DNA of 64,000 nucleotides, taken from contig NW_013657649.1 in assembly GCF_000142905.1 (NCBI RefSeq), forward strand, positions 1 to 64,000. Reading direction: 5' to 3'. The stretch is from Thecamonas trahens ATCC 50062. Its lineage: Eukaryota; Protista; Apusomonadida. The position numbers and the translations under genes are program-made. Below, one piece after another: positions 55,114-64,000 of the stretch (its first letter is position 1; every line of letters begins with the position of its first letter). A model generated the notes under the pieces. The model was not told the origin of the DNA. It did no database searches and saw nothing but the letters and a program-made list of their open reading frames with translations.

Positions 55114-56787
55114 ATGGCTGAGGGAGGAGGTGAGAATGTTGAGGGCAGAGTCGGGTTCTCGCTCTCGTTAGCAGGGCTTGCTCGGCAAGGAGGTGGTCAT
55201 GGAAGCAGCGGGAAAAGCGGCGAGAGTTTGAAGCGACGAGGCAAGAGGAAGCGGGACACGAGTGGCGGTGAAGGAAGGCAATCAGTGTCATCAGAGGCGC
55301 TGGGTGGTGGCAAGCTGGGGAATACTGCATCTGGATCGGTATTTGATACGGCCATGGCTGGGATGGGCGGCCGGTTGAAGGTTGATGATGAGGCCATCAC
55401 CGCTGCCAGGGACGACTCGGTGCCCATTCCGCTGACGGCTTCGGCCTGGCACGGCGGCGCAAAGATGGCATCGATGGCATCGACGGCGACGGAGGAACAT
55501 TTCGTGGGTGAGGGAGGTGAGGATCTGCCGTTGCCACCAGCCAAGAAGGCCAGAACGGGCGTGGCTGAGGTTGTGGAGGTAGCCGCAGCTGCCGAGACCG
55601 AGGCTGAGACCGAGACTGAGGCCGAGGCCGAGGATAAGAGCCGAGCGAGTGAAGAGCCGGCGCAAGTCTTTGGCCTCATCATCCGCAAGCCAAAGGAAGC
55701 ACAAGCGGCGGCGGAGGCGGCGGCACAGAGGAAGGAGCTCCCGCTGCTGCTGCGCAATGTGATTCCCTCGGTGGCGGCAGCCGGGCGCGGTGGTGAGGGC
55801 GAGAAGATCAAGGCTGACCTTGCGGTCCGCCCTGACGAGATGAAGCCAGAGGACTACGAGGGCACTGTGCCCATTGAGGCCTTTGGCAAGAAGCTGCTGC
55901 TGGGCATGGGCTGGGCCGACGGCGAGCCCATCGGCGTGACAAACAAGGGCCTCAAGGAGCCGATCGAGTTTATCCCGCGTTTCGGCCGCCGCGGCCTCGG
56001 AGCTGCCGCGGGCGGCAAGCCAGGCAAGCCGCAGCGCAGGTACATCAAGCCTGGCGAGAAGCGCACATCCTCGCGCGATGTCGTCCTTCCGCGCGATGAA
56101 AATGGCCGCGTCCGGCACTACAAGGCCATCTCGGAGACCCTGGTCTCGGTCGACGAGGTGACCAAGATCGAGGTTGGGACCGCGGTGACGGTGGTGGCGG
56201 GCAAGCACAAAGACGTGACCGGCATTGTAGTCGCTTTTTCTGGTGACGGCGCCACTGCACGGGTCAAGACTCAGAGCGCAGTCCTCAGCGTGCCGATGAG
56301 CGGGCTTGTCAATTCAGCGTCGCTCGCGCTCGCGCCGCCGGCGCAGCCGGCCACCGCCGACGTCAAGGCCGATGTCAAGTCCAAGTCCAAGGCCAAGTTC
56401 AAGTCCAAGGCCAAGAGCGCAACGTCGCCATCGTGGCTTGTCCCCAACATTCGCGTCCGCATCATTTCCAAGCGCTCGTTTCACAACGGCAAGTACTACA
56501 ACTGCAAGGCGACCATCCTCGACGTTGTCGCCCACAAAGTTGCTTCGCTCGTGCTCGACACCGGCAAGGTGCTCGACAACGTGCGCCAGTCTGTGCTCGA
56601 GACCATTGTGCCACGCTCTGTCGGTTCACCGTTGCGCATTGTCCGTGGACAGCATGCCGGCGCCAAGGCGCGGCTGCTAGAGCGGTCATCGAGCAAATCG
56701 CGGGTTGTCGTCCAGCTCGACGATGACGAGACGGTGGCGCTTGATCTCAAGTTTGACGACGTTGCCGCCATCGCCGAGCACCGCTGA
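55114..56787 (+). CDS. GPKOW: G-patch and KOW domain protein (Spp2/MOS2)
   Basis: DYEGTVPIEAFGKKLLLGMGWADGEPIG..GLGA G-patch. KOW motifs. SWLVPNIRVRIISKR..GKYYN..LETIVP..IVRGQHAG. Confidence 0.93.
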   Translation: MAEGGGENVEGRVGFSLSLAGLARQGGGHGSSGKSGESLKRRGKRKRDTSGGEGRQSVSSEALGGGKLGNTASGSVFDTAMAGMGGRLKVDDEAITAARDDSVPIPLTASAWHGGAKMASMASTATEEHFVGEGGEDLPLPPAKKARTGVAEVVEVAAAAETEAETETEAEAEDKSRASEEPAQVFGLIIRKPKEAQAAAEAAAQRKELPLLLRNVIPSVAAAGRGGEGEKIKADLAVRPDEMKPEDYEGTVPIEAFGKKLLLGMGWADGEPIGVTNKGLKEPIEFIPRFGRRGLGAAAGGKPGKPQRRYIKPGEKRTSSRDVVLPRDENGRVRHYKAISETLVSVDEVTKIEVGTAVTVVAGKHKDVTGIVVAFSGDGATARVKTQSAVLSVPMSGLVNSASLALAPPAQPATADVKADVKSKSKAKFKSKAKSATSPSWLVPNIRVRIISKRSFHNGKYYNCKATILDVVAHKVASLVLDTGKVLDNVRQSVLETIVPRSVGSPLRIVRGQHAGAKARLLERSSSKSRVVVQLDDDETVALDLKFDDVAAIAEHR

Positions 56788-56837
56788 TGAGAACAAGAGT
56801 AAACAAAGTGCGAGGCCGGCTTGCTGCCAGCCAGCCG

Positions 56838-57986
56838 TCACTCGTACTCGTACTCGTACACATCATCAAGATCAACAGTGCTCGCTCCAAGCGTCGTCGT
56901 GGCGTCGTCAGACATGCACCCAGAATACGACTCGCCATCGCTGCGGTCGGACGAACGGATCGGCGCATAGTCCGAGGCGGTGGTGAGGACCCGGATGAGA
57001 GAAAAGGTAAGCACCAGAGCAACGGGAAAACCCGCAGCAGCGGCAAAGGCGGCACCGAGGCTGACCTGGGCAGACACGGTCGCCTGCCGCGACTGGGGCG
57101 ACACCACTGTGCCGAGGAGAATGCTGGGGAGCGCCGAGAACACTACCGCCGTCGCAAACAGCCCACACGAGGTTTTGGCCCAGTTGCCTCCCTTCCTGCC
57201 AGTCTCCATGGAGCGGAGCCGGCGTGAGGAACATGTCCGCTTGCAGGTCAGCGCAAGCAGGCCCAAGAGGAGAATGCCGGTGACCAGGAGCGCGACGCCC
57301 GAGATCGGACCGACCGCCGCCATGCGCGACCAAAAGCCGGCGTAGTCGGGATGGCGATCGCGAGCGGCAGCAAGCTCGAGCCGCTCGCCGTTGATGTCGG
57401 CATGCCAAAGACCGACCAGAACAGTGTCCGGAATGGGGTGCCCCTCCGAGCGCTTGGGCGACGAGTCGTCGCTACCAGTGTTGGCCGTCAACCACGTCGT
57501 CGACGCCAGGAGCATGATGAGACCAAAGACGGCGGCGACAAAGACAAGAAGCTGCAGGACAAGACCCTCCCGCGGGGAAAAGAGCTTACGCCCACGGCGC
57601 TGTGCATCGGAGCGCGACATGCAGCCATCGCGGCGGCAGCACGACCACCATCCCTCGCGAGTGCAGCAACACTTGTAGCCGATCCAGAGCGAGACAGCGG
57701 CCGCAACGAGGCAGAAGAGGACCAAGACCAAGACACCACCAGCCGAAGCCTCCGCAGTGCACTCGGGGCTCCCGCTCGCAGGCTTGTAGCTCTTAAAGGC
57801 GCCATCGTACAAGCACTCGTTGTCGGTGCAGCATCCGAGCACACGCCCGGCGCCATCCTTTGGCTGACAGCCCGAACACTCGCTGTCATTTGGATCATAG
57901 CCAGCCACACGAGTGGCAGACATACCAGCCATGACCAGCACCACCATCATCGTCATCGCCATCCATCTTGTCGTCCATGATGTCAT
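56838..57986 (-). CDS. Membrane protein: signal peptide, small Cys-rich ectodomain, TM, then a claudin/PMP22-like 4-TM module
   Basis: TM1 is followed by W..VGLW (claudin-superfamily ECL1 motif) and three more TM helices. N-terminal ECSGCQ..CCTDNECL..C and juxtamembrane CCC. Confidence 0.7.
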   Translation of the reverse strand: MTSWTTRWMAMTMMVVLVMAGMSATRVAGYDPNDSECSGCQPKDGAGRVLGCCTDNECLYDGAFKSYKPASGSPECTAEASAGGVLVLVLFCLVAAAVSLWIGYKCCCTREGWWSCCRRDGCMSRSDAQRRGRKLFSPREGLVLQLLVFVAAVFGLIMLLASTTWLTANTGSDDSSPKRSEGHPIPDTVLVGLWHADINGERLELAAARDRHPDYAGFWSRMAAVGPISGVALLVTGILLLGLLALTCKRTCSSRRLRSMETGRKGGNWAKTSCGLFATAVVFSALPSILLGTVVSPQSRQATVSAQVSLGAAFAAAAGFPVALVLTFSLIRVLTTASDYAPIRSSDRSDGESYSGCMSDDATTTLGASTVDLDDVYEYEYE

Positions 57987-58263
57987 TGTTGCCAGCGACG
58001 GATTCGGCCAACGTTCCGCCTGCCTGCCCTTGCCGCTTTGCTCCCTTCTTCCACCTCTACCGCCTGGATTAGCGCTTGGAGAACCGTAAGAACTTGGTGG
58101 CGGGCAGCTGGTTCTTCCAGCTATGTGAGGTGTGAGTTGTGAGCTTGTGTGACAAGTGGGTGAATGAGGAGCGGAAGAGGGAAAAGGGGAGGGGGGGGGG
58201 CTGGAGCAGGGGGGGCGGGGTGTCGGGAAGGTGATCGTCTTGAACGACTGAATACGGGACGAG

Positions 58264-58500
58264 AACGATCGACTCTCATGCATGGCTAACGATTGTTTCT
58301 CGAAAAGGCAATGAGCCCAACGATTATTTCTCAATGGAATGATTCCCAACCGCCCCGACGATTATTTCTCAATGGAATGATCACCCCCCCGCCCCCCGCC
58401 CCAACGATTATATCTCAATACAATGATCACCCCCCCCCACCCCTCCCACCGCCCCAACGATAAATTCTCAATGAAATCATCGATACACGCTCAATAGAAA
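58264..58500 (+). promoter_or_regulatory. Multimerised CGAT-N4-TCTC motif (about 7 copies) with C-run spacers upstream of the dynamin gene
   Basis: Copies at ~58266, 58290, 58321, 58359, 58405, 58458 and 58481. The repeat is certain; the regulatory role is inferred from position. Confidence 0.5.
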
Positions 58501-58584
58501 GCAGGACAGCCACCACCACACACCCCAGCCAGCCAAACCCCCCCCCCCCCACCTGCCACCACCCCACTCCACCACATCACACTC

Positions 58585-61026
58585 ATGTGGCGGCGGAGTG
58601 TGAGCACGAGCACGACATGTGTGGCAGACATGGTGCGGGTGACAGGAGCTGCAGCAGGCGCTGGTGGTGGGTGGCTGGCTGGCTGGAGGTCGGCGGCCGG
58701 CGGCGCGACATGGGCGAGGGACAGGGGTTCTGGCTATGTTTTCTTTTCTCTGCATGCAGGCTCGAATTTTGTGACGGCTGGTCGGGCCTTTCATGCGCAG
58801 GCATGCCGGGTATATGACCGAGCTGGTAGAGATGGCGATGGTGCTGCTGCGCTGGGCACGGAGCTCATTCCGCTCGTCAACAAGCTGCAAAAGGTGACCG
58901 CTACCCTCGAGCAGGAGCTCGATCTGCCACAGCTGGTGGTTATCGGTGGCCAGTCGTCGGGCAAGAGCTCTGTGCTGGAGGCCTTGGTGGGCCGGAACTT
59001 TCTTCCGCGCGGAACAGGCATCGTTACCCGCCGTCCGCTTGTTCTGCAGCTGAACAAGGCGCCCGAGGGCGAGAACGCCGAGTACGGCGAGTTTGCCCAT
59101 CAGCCCGGCAAGGTCTATGCCGACTTTGACGCCATTCGCAACGAGATCGAGGCCGAGACCGACCGGGTGACCGGCCGCAACAAGGGCATCTCGGCCAAGC
59201 CCATCATTCTGCAGATCACCTCGCCGCATGTTCTCCCGCTGACCCTTGTCGACACGCCAGGCATTGCCCGGGTACCTGTCGGCGACCAGCCTCGCGACAT
59301 CGAGGCTCAGATTCGCAACCTTGTTCTCGAGTACATCACCAAGCCCGGGGCTATCATTCTCGCCGTCCAGCCAGCAAACCAAGACCTGGCGACGTCGGAC
59401 GCGCTCAAGCTCGCCGCCGACGTCGACCCGGCCGGCCACCGGACCATCGGTGTCCTCACCAAGCTCGACTTGATGGACGCCGGAACCGACGCGCTCGACA
59501 TCATGCTCGGCAAGGTTGTTCCGCTCAAGCTCGGCATTGTCGGCGTCGTCAACCGCTCGCAGGCCGACGTGGTGGCGTCCAAGTCGGTGGCCGCTGGCCT
59601 CTCGGCCGAGGCCGCGTTCTTTGCCAACCACCCCAAGTACGGCCCTATTGCCGAGTCGTGCGGGACGGCATACCTCGCCGCCAAGTGCTCGACCCTGCTG
59701 GGCAAGCACATCCGCCGGACCATTCCCAAACTCAAGTCGCAAATCACGGGCCTCCACGCTGAGACCCTCGCCGAGCTCGAGTCGTTTGGCACCGAGCCGT
59801 ACTCGGGCCGCGAGGGCAAGCGCGTCTTTGTCCTTCAGATCCTCAACAAGATCTCCAAGACCTTTGCCGACCAGGTCGATGGCCACACTCACTCTGCGAC
59901 GCGCGAAAATACGCTCACCACCGACGAGCTCAACTCGGGCGCTCGCATTCGCTACGTCTTCCAGAACGTCCTTGCTGATGCGCTCGACGACATCCAGGTC
60001 GAGCTCTCCACGGCTGACATCCGAACCGCCATCAAGAACGCCGCCGGCACCGCGCCGGCCCTCTTTGTTCCCGAGGCCGCCTTTGAGCTGCTCATCCGCA
60101 CCCAGATCGCGCGCCTCGGCGAGCCGCTCCTTCACGCCGCTGACCTCGTCCACAACGAGCTCCTCCGCGCCCTCTCCTCGCTCGACCTCCCGGAGCTCGA
60201 GCGGTTCTCGCACCTCAAGGACTCGTCGTCTGAGGTTGCCGCGGACCTACTGCGCTCGTGCATGCGTCCGACCCGCAAGATGCTCTCCAACCTCGTCGAC
60301 TGTGAGCTCTCGTACATCAACACCAACCATCCCGACTTTACCCGCGGGCCCGAGCTCCTGGCCAACTCGGACTCAACCGTCGACGACTACGAGCCTGCGC
60401 CGCGCGCCGCGCCGTCGCGCCCAGTGCACTCGAGCTCGTCAGAGTCGAGCGGCCCAGCCTCGTTCCTCTGGTCGCTCTTCTCTTCGGGCTCGGACGAGAG
60501 CTCGCGCGCCACTGACGCGCGTGGCACCGCCTCGCGCTCGCCGCCCGAGGTTCTCCGCGTCGACGGCAAGCTCTCGCGGATGGAGACCGTCCAGGTCAAC
60601 CTCATTCTTCGGCTGCTCGACTCGTACCTTGGCATTGTCAAGAAGAACCTCCACGACATGGGCTCCAAGGCCATCATGCACTTTCTCGTTCAGAATGCCA
60701 AGGACAACATGCAGCGCGCCCTTGTCTCCAACCTCTACAAGGACGAGCTGACCGAGCGTCTTCTCCGCGAGGACCAGCGCGTGGTCAAGCACCGTGCTGC
60801 ACTCGAGCACAAGCTCGAAGTCCTCGAGGACGCCAACGACCTGCTGCAAATGGCCGAAATCCACCACCTTGACCTTGACGACGAGTGGGACCCGCTCACC
60901 GATGCTGGCTCCCACCACACCTCTGGCTCCCACCGCTCCCGCCGCCGCAGCCTCGGCAGCTCGGCCATGGGCGCCCGCGGCCGCCGCGATGACGACGACG
61001 AGTACCGGCCGCGGTCCCGTTGGTAG
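58585..61026 (+). CDS. Dynamin-related GTPase (Drp1/Vps1 type); true start uncertain
   Basis: LIPLVNKLQ, LPQLVVIGGQSSGKSSVLE, FLPRGTGIVTRRPLVLQL, LTLVDTPG, TIGVLTKLDLMD, YINTNHPDF and GED SYLGIVKKNLHD..KAIMHFLV. No PH or proline-rich domain. The 5' part probably contains an intron. Confidence 0.95.
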   Translation: MWRRSVSTSTTCVADMVRVTGAAAGAGGGWLAGWRSAAGGATWARDRGSGYVFFSLHAGSNFVTAGRAFHAQACRVYDRAGRDGDGAAALGTELIPLVNKLQKVTATLEQELDLPQLVVIGGQSSGKSSVLEALVGRNFLPRGTGIVTRRPLVLQLNKAPEGENAEYGEFAHQPGKVYADFDAIRNEIEAETDRVTGRNKGISAKPIILQITSPHVLPLTLVDTPGIARVPVGDQPRDIEAQIRNLVLEYITKPGAIILAVQPANQDLATSDALKLAADVDPAGHRTIGVLTKLDLMDAGTDALDIMLGKVVPLKLGIVGVVNRSQADVVASKSVAAGLSAEAAFFANHPKYGPIAESCGTAYLAAKCSTLLGKHIRRTIPKLKSQITGLHAETLAELESFGTEPYSGREGKRVFVLQILNKISKTFADQVDGHTHSATRENTLTTDELNSGARIRYVFQNVLADALDDIQVELSTADIRTAIKNAAGTAPALFVPEAAFELLIRTQIARLGEPLLHAADLVHNELLRALSSLDLPELERFSHLKDSSSEVAADLLRSCMRPTRKMLSNLVDCELSYINTNHPDFTRGPELLANSDSTVDDYEPAPRAAPSRPVHSSSSESSGPASFLWSLFSSGSDESSRATDARGTASRSPPEVLRVDGKLSRMETVQVNLILRLLDSYLGIVKKNLHDMGSKAIMHFLVQNAKDNMQRALVSNLYKDELTERLLREDQRVVKHRAALEHKLEVLEDANDLLQMAEIHHLDLDDEWDPLTDAGSHHTSGSHRSRRRSLGSSAMGARGRRDDDDEYRPRSRW

Positions 61027-61074
61027 TAAAAGTGGTGCAGACGTGCAGGAGGACGTCTGGTGATGATGTTTTGT

Positions 61075-63933
61075 TTAGTGCATGGCACCCGCAGCGCGGG
61101 CGGCCATGCGGCGCTCACCAGCTGCGACGCGGTCGGCGTTGACGTTCTCGCGGGTGTACTCGGGAGCGTGCATGGGCACGAGGCGGAGGAGGAAGCCGAT
61201 GGGCAGCGAGATGAGACCGACAAGAAGCGAGCCGAACCAGGCGCCGACGCCGAGGCCGGTGACCTGGGCCCAATCGCCGGCGGCCTCAACGATGAAGACC
61301 TGCATGAGAGCAGTGGCGACCCAAATGGCGCCAAAGAGCCAGTTGGCAAAGATGTTCTCAAAGCAGTTGATTTCCTGGTGGATGCGGCGGGTGTTGAACT
61401 CGTTGAAGAGCTGGCACCAGACAAAGGCGTTGAAGATAATGGTAAAGTGCTCGGTCTCGTACTGCTCGACGTTGAAGATGTTGTGGCCGTCGTAGAGGAG
61501 GACGAGGGTGACAATGAGCTGGAAGATCGACTGGCCAATGATGTGCATCCACATGACGAGCGAAACGAGGCGGTCCTCGTTACGGGTCGGCATGCGGTCG
61601 AGGAGGCCCTCGGACGGCTCCTCGGTGGCGAGGGCAAGCGCGGCGAGGGTGTCCATGATGAGATTGACCCAGAGGAGCTGAACGGCCTTGAGTGGCGACT
61701 CGCCCTTGTCGTTGGAGACGGCGCCGATAAAGGCGAGCGCGACGGCGACGACGTTGACGGTCAGCTGGAACTGGAGGAACTTGCGGATCGAGTCGTAGAC
61801 GTTGCGGCCCCAGAGGACGGCGGCGACAATCGAGGTGAACTTGTCGTCCATGAGGATGATGTCTGCAGCCTCCTTGGCGACCTCGGTTCCGGTCACGCCC
61901 ATGCCAAAGCCGACATCGGCCTTGGAGAGGGCGGGCCCGTCGTTGGTGCCATCGCCGGTGACGGCGACGACCTCGTCAAAGTCGACCTGAAGCCGCTCCA
62001 CCAGCCGCTGCTTGTCGAGCGGCGCCGAGCGGGCGAGGACGGTCATGGCCGGGAGGATGTGCTTGAGCTCGGCGTTGGTGCACTTGGCAAAGTCGGGGCC
62101 CTCGAGCGCGGTGTCGAGGTCCGGGTCGTAGATGTTGCACTCGACGGCGATGGCGCGAGCGGTGTCAATGTTGTCGCCGGTGACCATGCGGACGACAATG
62201 CCGGCCTTCTGGCAGTCGAGGACCGACTGCGGGACCTCGGGGCGGATGACGTCGTGGATGCCGGTGATGCCGATGACAACCGACTCGGAGATGTCCTCCT
62301 CGTCCCAGTTGTCAGCCGGCGGCATGGCGAGATCCTTGTACGCAAGGCAGATGGTGCGGAGCGCGTGCTGCGCCATGTTGCCGATCTTAGCCTCGAGCTC
62401 GCTGCGGATCTCGGGCGTGAGCCGGCGGACATTGCCCGACGCGTCGAGGTACGACACGCACTCAGCGAGGACCATCTCGGACGCGCCCTTGACGTAGTGG
62501 CGGTACATGCCGTTCGAGAGACGGACAACGTACGACGAGCGCTTGCGCTTGGACGAGAACGGGAAGGCCTTGACCTTGGAGCCCGACGAGTCGGCCTCCT
62601 CGCGCATGGCGCGGTAGTCCGGCAGCGAGCCGCGGACCTGCCGCGTGAACTTGAGCAGCGCCTGCTCGGTCGTCGAGCCGGTCCACTCGAGCTTGCTTCC
62701 GCCGCCCTCCTTGGACTCGACGCTAACCTCGGCGGCCGACGAGTTGATGTTGATGCCCTGGAGGATCTTGAAGAGCAGAGTGCCCTCCACGCCCTCAGCC
62801 TTGGGCCCGACCGACCAGTCCTTGACCTTCTTGGCCAGGAGCGCGTCGTCAGCAGAGTCGATGCCGGCCAGCGACTCGCCGGCAATCCAACCGTCGACCA
62901 CCGTCATCTCGTTGCGGGTGAGCGTTCCGGTCTTGTCGGAGCAGATGACCGTGGCACGGCCCATGGTCTCGCATGCCGCAAGCTTACGGACCAGGTTCTG
63001 GTCCTTAAGCATCTTGACCATCGAGTAGGCCAACGCAATGGTGACGGCGAGCGGGAGACCCTCGGGCACCGCCACCACCACAATCGTGATCGACGTGATG
63101 ATGTACTCGGTCATGAGCTCGAGCGCCTCGTTGTCAATCTTCTTGCCCTTGTCAACCTGCATGATGAAGAACTTGACCGAGAGCACAATGAAGAGAATGA
63201 CGGCAGCAAACATGCCAAGCTTGCCAATGTCCTTGGCCAGCTTGTCGAGCTGCTTCTGCAGCGGCGTGTCCTCGGGCGGCACGCGGAGCGCCATGACGGC
63301 ACGTCCGTTGTGCGAGTCCATGCCGACGCACGTGACCAGCATCACCGCGTCGCCCTCCTTGATCTTCGAACCCGAGATGAAGAACGGGTTGTGCTTGTTC
63401 TTGTGGCAGAGATCCGGCTCGCCGGTCTGGCCAGACTCGTCCGCAGCACACGAGTTGCCGCTCACGTACAGCCCGTCAACAGGCACAATGTCGCCTGTGG
63501 AGAGCTGGAGCAGGTCACCCACCACAACGTCAAAGACCGAGATCGACTGCGCAGACTCGGAGCCCGACCGCAGGACCTTGACCGACTTGTCGTCCTTCTG
63601 CTTGTTGAGTTTCTGGAACTGCTGCTCCTTCTTGTAGTCGTTGAGCGCCGTGACCATGACCACCAGCGTGACGGCCACAAGAATGGCCGCACCCTCGATC
63701 CAACCGGCGGCACCGTCGTGCGACGCCACCGTCACGCCCAGAATGAGCGACACAATCGCCGCCACAATGAGCAGAATGAGGATAAAGTCCTGCAGCGTCT
63801 CATAGCAGAGCTCGAGGAACGACTTGGTTGGCGCCTCCGGCAGCCGGTTGGCTCCGAACCGCTCGCGCCGCGACGGAATGGTCGAGACGTCAATACCACG
63901 ATGCAGGTCCGTTCCGAGTGCGTTGGCCACACC
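61075..63933 (-). CDS. P2B Ca2+-ATPase (PMCA type), 5'-partial
   Basis: VAVPEGLPLAVT, ICSDKTGTLT, KGASE, MVTGDN, VTGDGTNDGPAL, IRKFLQFQLTVNV and QLLWVNLIMDT. A T-tract and TAG acceptor at 63936-63934 places the upstream exon outside the window. Confidence 0.97.
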   Translation of the reverse strand, partial: GVANALGTDLHRGIDVSTIPSRRERFGANRLPEAPTKSFLELCYETLQDFILILLIVAAIVSLILGVTVASHDGAAGWIEGAAILVAVTLVVMVTALNDYKKEQQFQKLNKQKDDKSVKVLRSGSESAQSISVFDVVVGDLLQLSTGDIVPVDGLYVSGNSCAADESGQTGEPDLCHKNKHNPFFISGSKIKEGDAVMLVTCVGMDSHNGRAVMALRVPPEDTPLQKQLDKLAKDIGKLGMFAAVILFIVLSVKFFIMQVDKGKKIDNEALELMTEYIITSITIVVVAVPEGLPLAVTIALAYSMVKMLKDQNLVRKLAACETMGRATVICSDKTGTLTRNEMTVVDGWIAGESLAGIDSADDALLAKKVKDWSVGPKAEGVEGTLLFKILQGININSSAAEVSVESKEGGGSKLEWTGSTTEQALLKFTRQVRGSLPDYRAMREEADSSGSKVKAFPFSSKRKRSSYVVRLSNGMYRHYVKGASEMVLAECVSYLDASGNVRRLTPEIRSELEAKIGNMAQHALRTICLAYKDLAMPPADNWDEEDISESVVIGITGIHDVIRPEVPQSVLDCQKAGIVVRMVTGDNIDTARAIAVECNIYDPDLDTALEGPDFAKCTNAELKHILPAMTVLARSAPLDKQRLVERLQVDFDEVVAVTGDGTNDGPALSKADVGFGMGVTGTEVAKEAADIILMDDKFTSIVAAVLWGRNVYDSIRKFLQFQLTVNVVAVALAFIGAVSNDKGESPLKAVQLLWVNLIMDTLAALALATEEPSEGLLDRMPTRNEDRLVSLVMWMHIIGQSIFQLIVTLVLLYDGHNIFNVEQYETEHFTIIFNAFVWCQLFNEFNTRRIHQEINCFENIFANWLFGAIWVATALMQVFIVEAAGDWAQVTGLGVGAWFGSLLVGLISLPIGFLLRLVPMHAPEYTRENVNADRVAAGERRMAARAAGAMH

Positions 63934-64000
63934 CTAAGGAAAAAAAAAAAGAAACAAGCACCATTCGCAGCAGCAATCACAGTAGTCATAGTGGCCATAT

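Noticed and set aside
58264-58500. CRISPR-like repeat-spacer layout
   Set aside because: The repeats are degenerate, the spacers are short C-runs, there are no cas genes, and the context is eukaryotic.
58585-61026. Mx-like antiviral dynamin
   Set aside because: The motifs (GGQSSGKSS, GIVTRRPL, YINTNHPDF) are Drp1/Vps1-type, not the Mx-type GDQSSGKSS/TRCPL.
1-64000. tRNA, rRNA, transposase, reverse transcriptase or Fanzor/TnpB genes
   Set aside because: None was recognised by eye or in the ORF track. Covariance-model searches were not run, so small ncRNAs cannot be excluded.

Overview
This is a GC-rich, gene-dense, intron-poor eukaryotic nuclear region with four N-gaps. It shows GT-AG introns and ciliary, spliceosomal and Mediator genes. 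The style suggests a unicellular flagellate such as the apusomonad Thecamonas (inference only, no search run). There are about 21 protein-coding genes: WD40 protein, MED11, PCMT, a RING-B-box-B-box-coiled-coil-SPRY (TRIM-like) ligase, a possible LAMTOR5, LIM-PH-RasGEF, ZnT5-like zinc transporter, SEC11, CCDC86/Cgr1, BTB-pentapeptide-SH3b protein, KIF12-like kinesin, an unusual kinesin-ARM-calpain-III-CaaX protein, IFT140, an LRR multi-TM receptor, a secreted protein, RTCA, DDX60-like helicase, GPKOW, a claudin-like protein, a dynamin-related GTPase and a partial PMCA. Several tandem repeats and pseudogene scraps are also present. The most notable observations are: (i) novel domain architectures (a prenylated ARM/calpain-III kinesin, a BTB adaptor with a bacterial-type SH3 domain, and a full TRIM-SPRY in a probable non-metazoan); (ii) up to six genes broken by a frameshift, all in the -1 direction, probably sequencing under-calls but testable for editing or recoding; (iii) a shared CGAT-N4-TCTC motif multimerised upstream of two unrelated genes; and (iv) a 169-bp tandem array just upstream of the zinc transporter. 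No rRNA, tRNA, CRISPR array or intact transposase was recognised. All family calls come from recalled motifs, not database searches.
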